NCBI RefSeq assembly: GCF_009914755.1
Contig: NC_060927.1
Reading direction: 5' to 3' (one strand)
DNA: 64,000 nucleotides
DNA from: the human T2T-CHM13v2.0 reference genome, Homo sapiens
This document shows, one piece after another, positions 47,199 to 64,000 of this stretch. Numbering within the stretch: position 1 is the stretch's first letter; every line of letters starts with the position of its first letter. A program made the translations under genes and the position numbers. The notes below the pieces were generated by a model. It did not search any database. It saw only the letters and a list, made by a program, of their open reading frames with translations, and was not told the origin of the DNA.

Positions 47199-47373
47199 TT
47201 TCTTCTTCTCCTTCTCCTCCTCCTCTTTTTCCTCCTCCTCCTTCTTCTTTCTCCTCCTCCTTCTCTCCTTCTCCTCCTCTTCCTTCTTCTTCTTCTTCCT
47301 CCTCCCTCCTCCTCCCCCCTCCTCCCTCCTCCTCCTCCTCTTCTTCCTCTTCCTCTTTCTTCCTTTTTTTTTT
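47199..47373. repeat. (CCT/CTT)n polypyrimidine low-complexity tract, probably an expanded Alu tail
   Basis: About 175 nt of pure C/T adjoining an AluJ right-arm fragment (47374-47503). Confidence 0.9.
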
Positions 47374-47532
47374 CAGAGATGGGGGCTCACTCTGTCACCC
47401 AGGCTGGAGAGCAGTGACATAATCATAGCTCACTGAAACATCAAACTCCTGGGCTCAGGCAATCCTCCCACCTCAGCCTCCTGAGTAGCTGGGACTATAG
47501 GCCAATTAATTTAAGTATATTTCCAAGACAAT

Positions 47533-48700
<1,168 letters not shown>

Positions 48701-50650
48701 AAACAGAGTAAGTATATTCCTCTTGTTATCTTATGTGTCCAAGGAATTCTTACTCATGGATATTGGAGAAAAACTCCTCTTGCCAATAACATTTCTATTT
48801 TACTATTGTTCATTGTATATCTCATATAAAACTATGAGATTTTCTCTTCTTTTGAGAGCTTAAAGCCCACGTCTCACAAAGTGCCAGAATGAAACATTTG
48901 GCTTTAGTCACCTTTGCTCAAGAAGGATATGGGAAAACAAATTCCAGCGAGAAAACTAGAATGGCAGGGTCTCTACTGAATGAAGACAGACCGTTCTGTG
49001 GCTTGGAAAGAAGGCTAGTGAGGATGTGATCGAAACCTATCAAATCACAAAGAGATCCCAACCATGGCAAATGAAATCCTAGAACACTTGAAAGAGAAGC
49101 TACAATTTAAAGATTCAGATATGCATATTTAGGACACGAAAAGTAAAGCACCAACTTCACAAAACACATAGTAATTTAAGGATGATTATTATCCTCCAGG
49201 AAATAGTTACAGGCAATAAAATATAGTTTTAAGAAAATGGTCCAAAAATTGATTATTTGATCAAAATGAGTCATTACTAATTAGGAGTTTTCATTTCTCT
49301 TTCTTGGGAGATAGGCCTAACTGTTAAGTTGACATTCAGAGGATTAATCTGCCTTCTTACACTAAGGTATGTGGCTTTTAGAGACAAAACTGTTCACAGA
49401 ATTGAGGCTCAAATGGTGGTGGAAGAGTTTAGACCAGAAGAGTTTAAATTCATGAGTCTGGGTGGACCCATGGGATTAAGACCCATATGCCAGATGTTGG
49501 GAACATGAAAGTAATAACAAGCAGTGGTGATTTAGGGACTGAACATGCAAGGATGTCTAAAAGCAGCAGCAGCAGAGAAATTCTGAAGAAGAGAAATACA
49601 GAAAGAGTCAATGAAAGAGTAAGCTGTGAGTCACTCTATCAAGCAGCGTCGGGAAGTGCAGAAAATTCTCAGAGCTCCTAGAGAGTGAAGGGTGGTACCA
49701 GAAAGGCCCAGGCTAGCCAAGATATCTAAGGCCAAGGTCTTGGATTTCGGGGAGGGGATGGGCCATCAGAAAGGAATAAGCCAACTCTGAATAGGCACTG
49801 GCGGCTCTTTAGTCTCTGCCCCAGGGCATGCTGACTGATTTGGGGGTGGGGTGGAATGAAAATACACAGCCCAGGCCCAGGAAATTTATACTGAATTGTT
49901 TGGCAGATTCCCAACATTGAAAGGGGTGTGGCTACTCTGATTTCCATCCAGGACGGTATCAATATCCCCACGGGTTGAATTTGATGAGGCTGCAGGGATA
50001 TCTACGTAGTGGGGTTGCTTGGAGCCTAGAAAGTGTTAGTTACAGTCTCAAGGTTGTAGTGACGCCTACTATAAAATAAATTTAGCACTAAGTAACCCAG
50101 ACCACTTATTTTCTTGTGCCTAGAGCCAAAGTATGCCAAAATTCTGGCTGATAGTTGGCAGTTAAGTGGGTGAGGGGGTGGGCAGTTGCAAAAAGAAATA
50201 CAGAGGTTAGAAAACAATTGGTTCTCTGCAATCCTAAGGTGGATGGCCATGACACTGTTCCAGTATGAACATTCTCAGCTGGGAAATAATCGTTCTGATG
50301 TTACAGAAACAATATTACCTGTTTGTTTTCCTTTTCTTTCTTTGCTCTCTTCCTCCTCCTTTTTTTTAAAGAGCTCAGAGTATATAGGTACAGATGTGTA
50401 GAAAAAACCATGTTTCCAAAAAATTATACTCACAGATAAAGCTTCTCTAATTTGCCAGTTCTTCTGTGCTGAGGCATGCTTTTCAGCAAACAAAACACAC
50501 TAATAAATCTATCAGGGGCAGAAAGGCAGTGGGGGACAGCTGCAGCAGCACCATCCAGGAGTGACAATGATTAATTCCTACATCTGCTCAGCCAGATAGA
50601 AACAAAGGTCACTGTGCATAGATTAGCATCCCGATCACCACCCCCTCCTA

Positions 50651-50652
<2 letters not shown>

Positions 50653-50722
<70 letters not shown>
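50653..50722. repeat. Compound microsatellite (CA)n(GA)n
   Basis: Visible directly in the sequence. Confidence 0.97.
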
Positions 50723-50725
<3 letters not shown>

Positions 50726-51033
50726 CTTTCACCATTTACAATGGCAAAATTCAAAATGCCTGAAAAATGTTTACTATCTGGCTAAAAGAAACAAAAAATG
50801 CAAGCTCTTTAGTGGGATGGTGATGGAAGAAGACACAGAATAGGATCAGGCACTGATTACTGTCAGATAACTGTCTAATCTTGTTAGCATCCAAACTGAG
50901 TGAAATTTGGATGCTCAGCTACATTTACAAAAGCAAAGGAAACATGAAATTTAAGATCAAATCCTGATGCAGTAATTTGATCAAAATAAGAAAGGCTATT
51001 ATGGTGAAACAGTTGGATACAGTGAATGTCTGG

Positions 51034-52974
51034 TGTATCAGTCTGCTCGGGCTGCCATAACAAAACACCACAGGCTGGGTGGCTTAAACAACAGAAATTT
51101 ATTTTCTCACAGTTGTGGAGGCAAAAAGTCCAAGACCCAGGTTTTTTCAAGGGCTGATTTCTGGCGAGGCCTCTTCCTGGTTTGTAGACAGCTGTCCTTT
51201 TGCTGTGTCCTCACATAGTCTCTTTGTGCATGCAGGGAGAGCAAACTTCAATGCCTCTTCCTCTTATAGGGACACCAGCCCTGTTGAATTAGGGCCCCAT
51301 CATTATGACCTATTTTTTGTTAACATTTTAGGCAAATTTAATATTCTTTTTTGACAAAATTATAGGTTTAGGATATAGAAAACAAGAATGCCTTCCTCCC
51401 TCCCTTCTTCCTTTCCTTTCTTTCTTCCTTCACCTTCCTCTTTATTGAGACAAAAATGTGCCAGGAAATATTCAAAGAATAGTCCCTGCCCAAATGATCA
51501 TATAATCTAAGGACTAAAGCAAACAAATAAGCAATTTCATTAAAATAAGTTGTCTTAGATGTAAATTGAAGTTGTGTATGTGTCCAAAAGAGGGCCTTAA
51601 TAGCTCCTCATAGAAAGAAGTCTCTCTTGATGTAACTTGAATGATAACAGTCATCAATATGCCAAAAAGAATTTCTAAGATCATGTAACTGCAACAGTTG
51701 AGTAGGAGAAATGAAATACCACAGGCACTAATCTTGATCCAGAGCAGTTTAAAAGTTTTCCCATGACATTCAGGATAGACCAAAAAAAAAACGCTCAGTA
51801 ACACTGTAGCCATCTATGTAGAAAGTTCTTTCAAGGTAGGGGCTGACTTCTGCCTTAAAAAACACACAGACTTTTATTTGAAGTTCATGGGTACATGTGC
51901 AGGTTTGTTATACAGGTAAACTCGTGTCGGGGGGTTTGTTGTTCAGAATACTTTGTCACCCAGGTTCTAAGCCTAGGACTTAACAGTTATTTTTTCTAAT
52001 TATCTCCCTCCTCCCATCTTCCACCCTCAGGTAGTGTGTAGTGTGTGTTTTTCCTCTCTTTGTGTCCATGTGTTCTCATCATTTAGTTCCTACTTATAAG
52101 TGAGAACATGCAGTATTTGGTTTTCTGTTCCTGTGTTGGTTTGCTAAGGATAATGGCCTCTAGCTCTATCCATGTTCAAACAAAAGACATCATCTCATTC
52201 TTTTTTATGGCTGCATAGTATTCCATGGTGTATATGTACCACATTTTCTTTATCCAATCTGCCATTGATGGGCATTTAGGTTGATTCCATGCCTTTACTA
52301 TTGTGAATAGTGCTGCAATGAACATTCATGTGCCTGCGTCTTTATGGTAGAATGATTTATACTCCTTTGGGTATACAACCACAAATGGAATTGCTGGTGA
52401 ATGGTAGTTCTGTTTTTAGCTCTTTGAGGAGTCGCCACACTGCTTTCCACAATGTTGAACTAAATTACTCTCCTACCAACAGTGTATGTGTTCATTTTTC
52501 TCTGCGATCTTGCCAGCATGTTATTTTTTGACTTTTTAATAGTAGCCATTCCAATTGGTGTGAGATGGTATCTCATTGTGGTTTTGATTTGCATTTCTCT
52601 AATGATCAGTGATACTAAGCTTTTTTTCATATGCCTGTTGGCTGCATGTATGTCTTCTTTTGAAAAGTGTCTGTTCATGTTCTTTGCCTGCTTTCAGACT
52701 TTTTAATTTTTTTCCATTGCTCATGAAAAAATTAACTCTGCCCACTTTTTCATAGGGTTGTTAGTTTTTTCTTGTAAATTTAAGTTCCTTATAGATGCTG
52801 GGTATTAGACCATTGTCAGATGCACAGTTTGCAAATATTTTCTCCAATTCTGTAGGTTGTATGACCTAATTTAACTTTAATTACTTCCCCAAAGACCCTA
52901 TCTCCAAATACAGACACACTGGGAGTTAGAGCTTCAACATATGAATTTGGGGGGAACACATTCATTCCATAATG
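51034..52974 (-). mobile_element. MLT1A-type LTR split into 51034-51312 and 52860-52974 by an L1-borne insertion
   Basis: The halves join at duplicated tatgaccta to rebuild the MLT1A-like ...ttatgacct.atttaac.ttaattac... sequence. Confidence 0.82.
51870..52860 (-). mobile_element. 5'-truncated older L1PA (L1PA13-16-like), about 1 kb
   Basis: ORF2 end ([18 protein letters not shown]...) plus L1PA 3' UTR. Confidence 0.9.
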
Positions 52975-53126
52975 TCTGGTTGTATGTAAAGAAGGTATTC
53001 GCAGTCGACCCTTGGTTTTCATGTTCAGGAGTTCACTGAAGATATTGTCACTCCTTATTTATAACTCATACAATTGTAGACCCCTGACAGACTGCCTTAA
53101 AAAAAACTATAATCTTGGGCCAGAAT

Positions 53127-53155
53127 ACACACACACACACACAGACACACACACA

Positions 53156-53216
<61 letters not shown>
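53127..53216. repeat. Long interrupted (CA)n microsatellite at an Alu tail
   Basis: Visible directly; source of the HT and CV repeat ORFs. Confidence 0.97.
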
Positions 53217-53218
<2 letters not shown>

Positions 53219-53502
53219 TTTTTTTTTGAAAGAATCTTGCTCTGTCACCCAGGCTGAAGTGCAGTGGTGCAATCTCGGCTCACTGCAAGCTCCGCCTCCT
53301 AGGTTCACGCCATTCTCCTGCCTCAGCCTCCTGAGTAGCTGGGACTACAGGTGCCCGCCACCACGCCTGGCTAATTTTTGTTTTGTATTTTTAGTAGAGA
53401 CAGGGTTTCACTGTGTTAGCCAGGATGGTCTCAATCTCCTGATCTGCCTGCCTCAGCCTCCCAAAGTGCTGGGATTACAGGCACGAGCCACCACGCCTGG
53501 CC
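53217..53502 (-). mobile_element. AluY-like SINE
   Basis: Diagnostic caagctccgcc, ttcacgccattctcc, gtgttagccaggatgg. Confidence 0.88.
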
Positions 53503-53504
53503 AG

Positions 53505-58195
<4,691 letters not shown>

Positions 58196-58197
58196 AC

Positions 58198-58871
58198 TGT
58201 ATTAGCCAGGATTCAAAAAGAGATATATGGATGTGTCACAGGCAGTTGAGTTATGCAATTTTGGGAGCTCTTTAAGCAGTCTCTGTAAGGCTGTTGTCTC
58301 CACATCTGATGCTAGAGCTTGAAGTCTACAAGGCAGGCAGTCAGGAGGGAAAATCAAGAGATTAGAGCATGCTCACACCCCTGTGAAGAGACTGAAACCC
58401 ATGTCAGTTATTGTTGCCTCTGATCTAGGTAATGAGTATATCCTGCAGAAGCTGTGGCCCTTTAAGGCAGGCAGTCAGGAGGGAAAATCAAGAGATTAGA
58501 GCATGCTCACACCCCTGTGAAGAGACTGAAACCCATGTCAGTTATTGTTGCCTCTGATCTAGGTAATGAGTATATCCTGCAGAAGCTGTGGCCCTTTGTC
58601 GTGGAGCTAATCACACACACCTGGCCCAGGGGCCTGACAAGTTAATGGAGGGTCCAGGGGAAGGTAGAGCAATTGCATGTCCAGCTCTGCTTCACCCCAG
58701 TAGGTGGATCAGCAGGTTCGCAACAATGTGTGTGCTATAAGATGGCTGGAACTTCCCTTAGCTTTCCAAATCTAGAAAGAATCTCCTTTGTGGTCAGAAA
58801 ACATACAAGAAAGAGAATTCTAGGAAATGTAGTTTGGCCTAGTCAAGTTGACACACTAGAAAGCCGTCACA
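58198..58871 (-). mobile_element. ERVL-class (MLT2-like) LTR
   Basis: Bounded by tgtattag... and ...agtcaagttgacacac...gtcaca, which resemble MLT2 termini; subfamily uncertain. Confidence 0.6.
58330..58597. repeat. Perfect 2 x 134-bp tandem duplication
   Basis: 58330-58463 is identical to 58464-58597. Confidence 0.97.
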
Positions 58872-60869
58872 AATAGGATTTTATATTTTTTATGCTGTTT
58901 TAAATGATCTAAAAAATTTGTTTAAATGTTACATAAAATGGTGTTTACACATAGACCTTTCATCCAACAACTCTGCTGAACTTAGTCATTATGATATACT
59001 CAAGTACACAGTGTGTTCTTTCCATACGTAGTTTCAAATTTTCAGTTTTCTTAAATTAGAGGGTTTTGTTTGTTTTATACTTGTTTTCTTTCCTTGCTTT
59101 TCTTTTCTTTTTCAGGGACTCTTATTATTGATAAATTGATCTTTTTTGCCTATTTTCAATATTTGTTGTTTTCTTTCAAAACTTTTTAAAAATCTTTTTT
59201 CATTCCATTTAAAAAATTTTCTTCCTTTCTACCTTTTATTTATGTTAAAGAATTATGTTGTATTCATTTGTTGTTGAGTTCCTTCTAGATCAGCCTTCAT
59301 TTTTAGATGTTTATTTCTAATTTTTTCTTGAATTGTCTCATTTCTGAGCTTCCTAATTTGATTTATGTTGCTTTTCTATGTCTTATATGACTTCTTCAAT
59401 GTCTTTGAATGCACCTGAAATAGTACATTAGGGTCTCAATCTATTTTCAATCATATCTTTTTGGCATGCTTTCATTGTCTGCAGATATTCCCCTTATTCT
59501 CTTTCTTAGGTTAATAATGTTGTGTTGGATTTGGCCTTGATATTTTCCTGCTGTAGATTTTTGTGGGTGTGAATTTAGTTTTTATGTGATTTTAAAAAGA
59601 CATTTGGTTCAGATAGCTTTTCTAACTTCACATGGTTCCTTTGCTATATTGTATTAATATGGTGTTAAAAAATACTCTGGCTTGCTTTCCAAGGAGATTT
59701 CCTGACTCTGATATGCTTTCATTTGGATATTCCTCTTCCTTCTTCATCTGTATTGTCTTCATTCTGCTCAATTTTGAGCTCAATACTCCCCACAGTTTCT
59801 CTTCTTCATGAGATCCTATCTTGGAAGGGAGCCCCACCAGATCAGTCTAGAAATTTCACAGCAGCTAGACTGCTGCATTCCTTTTAGACCTTCCAGAGGT
59901 GGATCCCTTGCACTCACCCCTTATTAAGTTTCAGCTGCTGATCTCAAATTGCCCCACCCATGCTTTCCAGTGAATACCTTTGGGCTATTTTGAGTTCTCT
60001 GTTCTCAGGTCTGTCAGATGTCCATTGCCTCTTTCTTATTTCTCCTACGTAGACACAAATAACACAGCTCTTGTGGCTGTGGGTGGTCTTTCCCCAACCG
60101 GTTATATTTTGAGGCTCATAAGAATACCTCATCATCTAATTTTCTTGTAAATGGATTTTATTTTGTTGCCCATGAGTTTTGTGTCTTCTATCTAGTTGCT
60201 GTTTTTATGTGGAGATTCAGGAATATCTAAAACCTATGCTACTACTGCCACTATCACCTTCCCAAAATTATTTGTCTCTTTTTAAGTCTAAATAATTTAT
60301 CTGAACACTTTTGAATTCTCTACACATATAATCAAGTGTACAACGTACATACACATAAGTTGTGTTCTCTACTCATAAAATCAAGTGTTGTATGTGTAAA
60401 TAATGTGTTTTCCTCCTTTCCAATCTTTAATCTGGATTATCTGATAGTCCCTTTTTGCTCCAGTTTTTATTTTGCGGTCCACGCTCTCTTCAAGTGTGTA
60501 CAAGGAATGTCATCAGCAGTAATTACTTGTTACTTGCAGAACCAAATTTCTCTTGGCTTAGATAAAGAAGGGAACTGCCTCTTGAGGCAGTCTCTACTGC
60601 ATATTGCCAAATTATGGCATCCCTGTGGCAAAGAATGCAGAGCATAGGAAGAATCCATGTGCACGGTGCTCTGCTAGGGAGCCCTCGCTTAGGAAGAGAT
60701 GGCGTTAGTGCTCACCCACCAGACATGAGCAGAGGAGAAACAAAGAGGACTCCCCCATACATTTCCAGGGTTTCTTGAATTCCACTTTTACCCATTAATG
60801 TACATGAATTGAGGCACTCCAAGGAGCATGACTTTATTTAAGGTAATGCCATAGATATCTCTTTTAAAA

Positions 60870-61490
60870 TTTAAAGGTCTATTCTCAATGCAGCAGCAGA
60901 TTTCCTATTAGATGTAAGCAAGGTGTGCCATTTCACAGCTCCCAATCCTGCAATGGCTCCCCATAACAGAGTAAAAGCCAAAGTCATTACACTGTCCTGT
61001 GTGACCTTACGTGATGTGGCACCCATTACCTTGCTGATCTTATCTACTCCTGTTCTCTGCCTAATCTACTCTGCTCCAGTCACACTGGCCTCCTTGCTTT
61101 CCCCTGAACACTACAGATGTTTCCATCCCTGGCCCTTTGCATTATTTGTTCCTTCTGCCTGGAATGGTTTTTACCTAATGACTTGTTTTTTTATGCCTTT
61201 CAAGTCTATTCTCAAATGTTACTTCCTCAGCGAGGCCTTCCTTGGTCAAATGATCTTGAATAGCAACTACCACTCTGACAGTCCCCATTCACTGTCCCTG
61301 TTTTACTTTTCTTCTCTGATCACTAACATCCCGAATAGTTTACAATTTTTTATGTCCTGCCTATTCCCCCTCCAGGAAAGCAAAGTCCACGAGGGTAGTG
61401 ATTTTGCCTACCTTGTTCTTTGATGTAACCCCAGCACCTAGAACAGTATCTGAAACATTGCTGGCCAATTCAATAAATATTTATTGAAAC
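60870..61490 (+). mobile_element. L2 LINE 3' portion
   Basis: cacactggcctccttgc...ccttctgcctggaatg...cccagcacctagaacagt...caataaatattt. Confidence 0.82.
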
Positions 61491-62214
61491 AATAGGTATA
61501 TTTGTGAGAATCTGACTATGAGAAGGCCTTCTAAAAGTACAGAACTCTGTGGCTGATAGTGCTTCAAAAGCAGACGGCTTTTCATGGCATACTAAGATTG
61601 AAATGAAAGTTGAGAATGAAGGGTCACAACCAGGATGGCTGGGAATCTGGGGCTCTGGACGTCATGCTTTGGGCTCCTAGAGGGAGTAACCATCAAGAAA
61701 GAGAGAGAATAATAATAAAAAGCAACTGCTTACCTAGGGCACAATTTTTACATAGAGTTGACATTATCTTAAACAGTTAAAGAATGAAAACAATAATCTA
61801 AGAACTGACCTTTATCATCATAGATATATTCTAGGCCAGTTAATTTGTTCATTCGGGAAACAGTGCGCAGTCCAGGCACAATGGAAACACAAAGATGAAT
61901 AAACTCAAGGAGCTCACTGTATGGTAAGGGAGACAGAGCCCCGCTTCTCTCAACCTAGTAAGTGCCATCAGCTGTGATGGAGTAATGACAGCCATGACTA
62001 TTTGTAACAGTAGGTGCACAAAGGAGGGTGTGACCACTTCATCTAGGGCTGATATTGATATAGGCCTGACTGCAGGATGGACAGACAGCATCAGAAGACT
62101 GTGCAGAAACTATTCCTATGCATTAACTTTTAACCTACCTCATTAACTTCTGCTGACCCACTCGTACTCCATCTGGCAGCCAGTACTCAAGAAAGACCTC
62201 ATTCCTGTTCATAG

Positions 62215-62575
<361 letters not shown>

Positions 62576-64000
62576 ACCAATGGCTTTTGATCTCATGATA
62601 CACCTCCTATTTTTGGCTCTATGCCCAATCCTCTAGAATTGATGATCAATACAATATTTTCCTTCTATGAACCTTAGCTTCCTTTTTGGTCAAGGCCTTG
62701 CAGGATCTGCTCCTGGTCACTCTGCCTCATTCAGTCCTTGACCCTGCAACACTAGCCCCAGATTATGCTGTATGGCTGGTAATTATTCTAGGCCTGACTA
62801 GCTCCCCTTCTTCCTTCTTGGCCAATAACCATCAAACCGGGGATTATAAAGAAGATCCCAGAAATTCTAATAGTGCATGACAGTGTGCAAACTTTCTTTT
62901 AGCCAGAAAAATCAGTACTGCTTTCTTTTATTCCCAATCACCTTCCCTTCAGCTCCAGTTTCTCAAACCACAAAGAGAACAGAATTGATATGAAAGCAGC
63001 ACAGCTCCTATCCCTGCAGCAAGGCATTATTTTTTAAATGCTATTAAAAAAACCACCAGAATGTACTTTTTGGTTTCCTCATGTTTTTGCACCCAGGTGA
63101 TGCATTTGAAGCTCCCAGGAACCCTTAAATCATATTTTATACATTATGCTGAGCATAGTAGGTGTTTAGATCACTAAATATTTACTGTTGATATTGATAG
63201 AGAAACCTCACTTGGATGCTAATGTAAGGCTTTCAGGAATGCAAGAATAAAGAAAAGATGAGTATAACTCTTCTCCATAGCATGGAGACCTTGAGGCCTT
63301 TTACAAAAATGGAAAACGATGTGAAATCTGGGGAGTCAGAGAGATTCTGAGAAGGGTATAACAATAATACCAAGAACCATGACTCATGTAGTATGTTGGA
63401 ATTTCTGAAGGCAAAGAAGACAAACTCAGCAGGGTACATGAAAGTATGTAACTCAACTCTGCCAGGTGCAGCTCAAAGGGCCTGCATGGGGACCCTAACT
63501 GGGAAGGAAGTTGTAGTGGAGTGAGAAGACCACAGGAACATATTTCAGCCATTCACTGGTGTCTGTGTCTCTGACTGTCACGCTAGCCCAGGATGCAGGC
63601 AGAAGTGGCAGGTGCCTCCATGCACAGTCCCTAGTGTGGGAGGCAAACCTACCAGGGGCCCTGAGCAGCTCTGTGCATTCTTGTCAGGTATGCCAAGAAG
63701 CAAGGCTCTGACTGCTCTTTATCCAGGCCATTTCTCAGGGTTGTGTTTGTAATGAGCAACCTTGAGGGATCAGGTAACATCTTCCCCTAGACAAAGAACA
63801 GGCTTGTTACAACTCACTATAAAAGCAGTGGACTTACCAGGCTCAGGATTCCTCTCCTTAAATGGTAGCCCACTGTGTGTGTGCAAACATCCATAAACAT
63901 CCATTATGGGACTTTCATTCCCCTCATGGCACGTGGGGCATGGAAACCAGTAAAAGCTCAATATTAAGTTCTGATTACTGCTTTTGCCATGAGTAATCAA

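Noticed and set aside
47175-47417. Poly-Leu/Pro ORF resembling a signal peptide
   Set aside because: Translation of a (CCT/CTT)n tract.
60923-61423. 166-aa hydrophobic ORF
   Set aside because: Lies within a degenerate L2; non-ATG start.
63832-63840. Consensus sense-strand donor CTG|GTAAGT near the window end
   Set aside because: No convincing upstream acceptor, and the frame does not match GPR156.

Overview
This is primate, almost certainly human, genomic DNA rich in Alu, L1, MIR and L2 repeats. It covers the 3' part of GPR156, an orphan class C (GABA-B-receptor-like) GPCR on the minus strand. Seven coding exons can be placed at GT-AG boundaries (28515-28644, 28159-28269, 21862-21987, 20502-20597, 16327-16563, 8978-9136, 2695-4047). 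They splice into one open frame encoding about residues 78-814 (numbering assumes the 814-aa human protein as I recall it), followed by the 3' UTR with candidate poly(A) signals. I found no exon for the N-terminus/TM1, so 28645-64000 appears to be a large intron continuing past the window edge. Nearly all other ORFs in the track are repeat-derived or chance ORFs. I see no convincing new biological system. The most notable items are: (1) a ~440-bp Alu-plus-unique direct duplication bracketing the in-frame TM5-TM7 exon; (2) an apparent L1-mediated 3' transduction splitting an MLT1A LTR; (3) a perfect 134-bp tandem duplication; (4) target sites reused by successive retrotransposons; (5) a Cys/His, acidic and PDZ-ligand module at the C-terminus overlapped by a long alternative frame; (6) a candidate poison microexon; (7) a Y3 RNA retropseudogene. 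Repeat boundaries and subfamilies were called by eye and are approximate.
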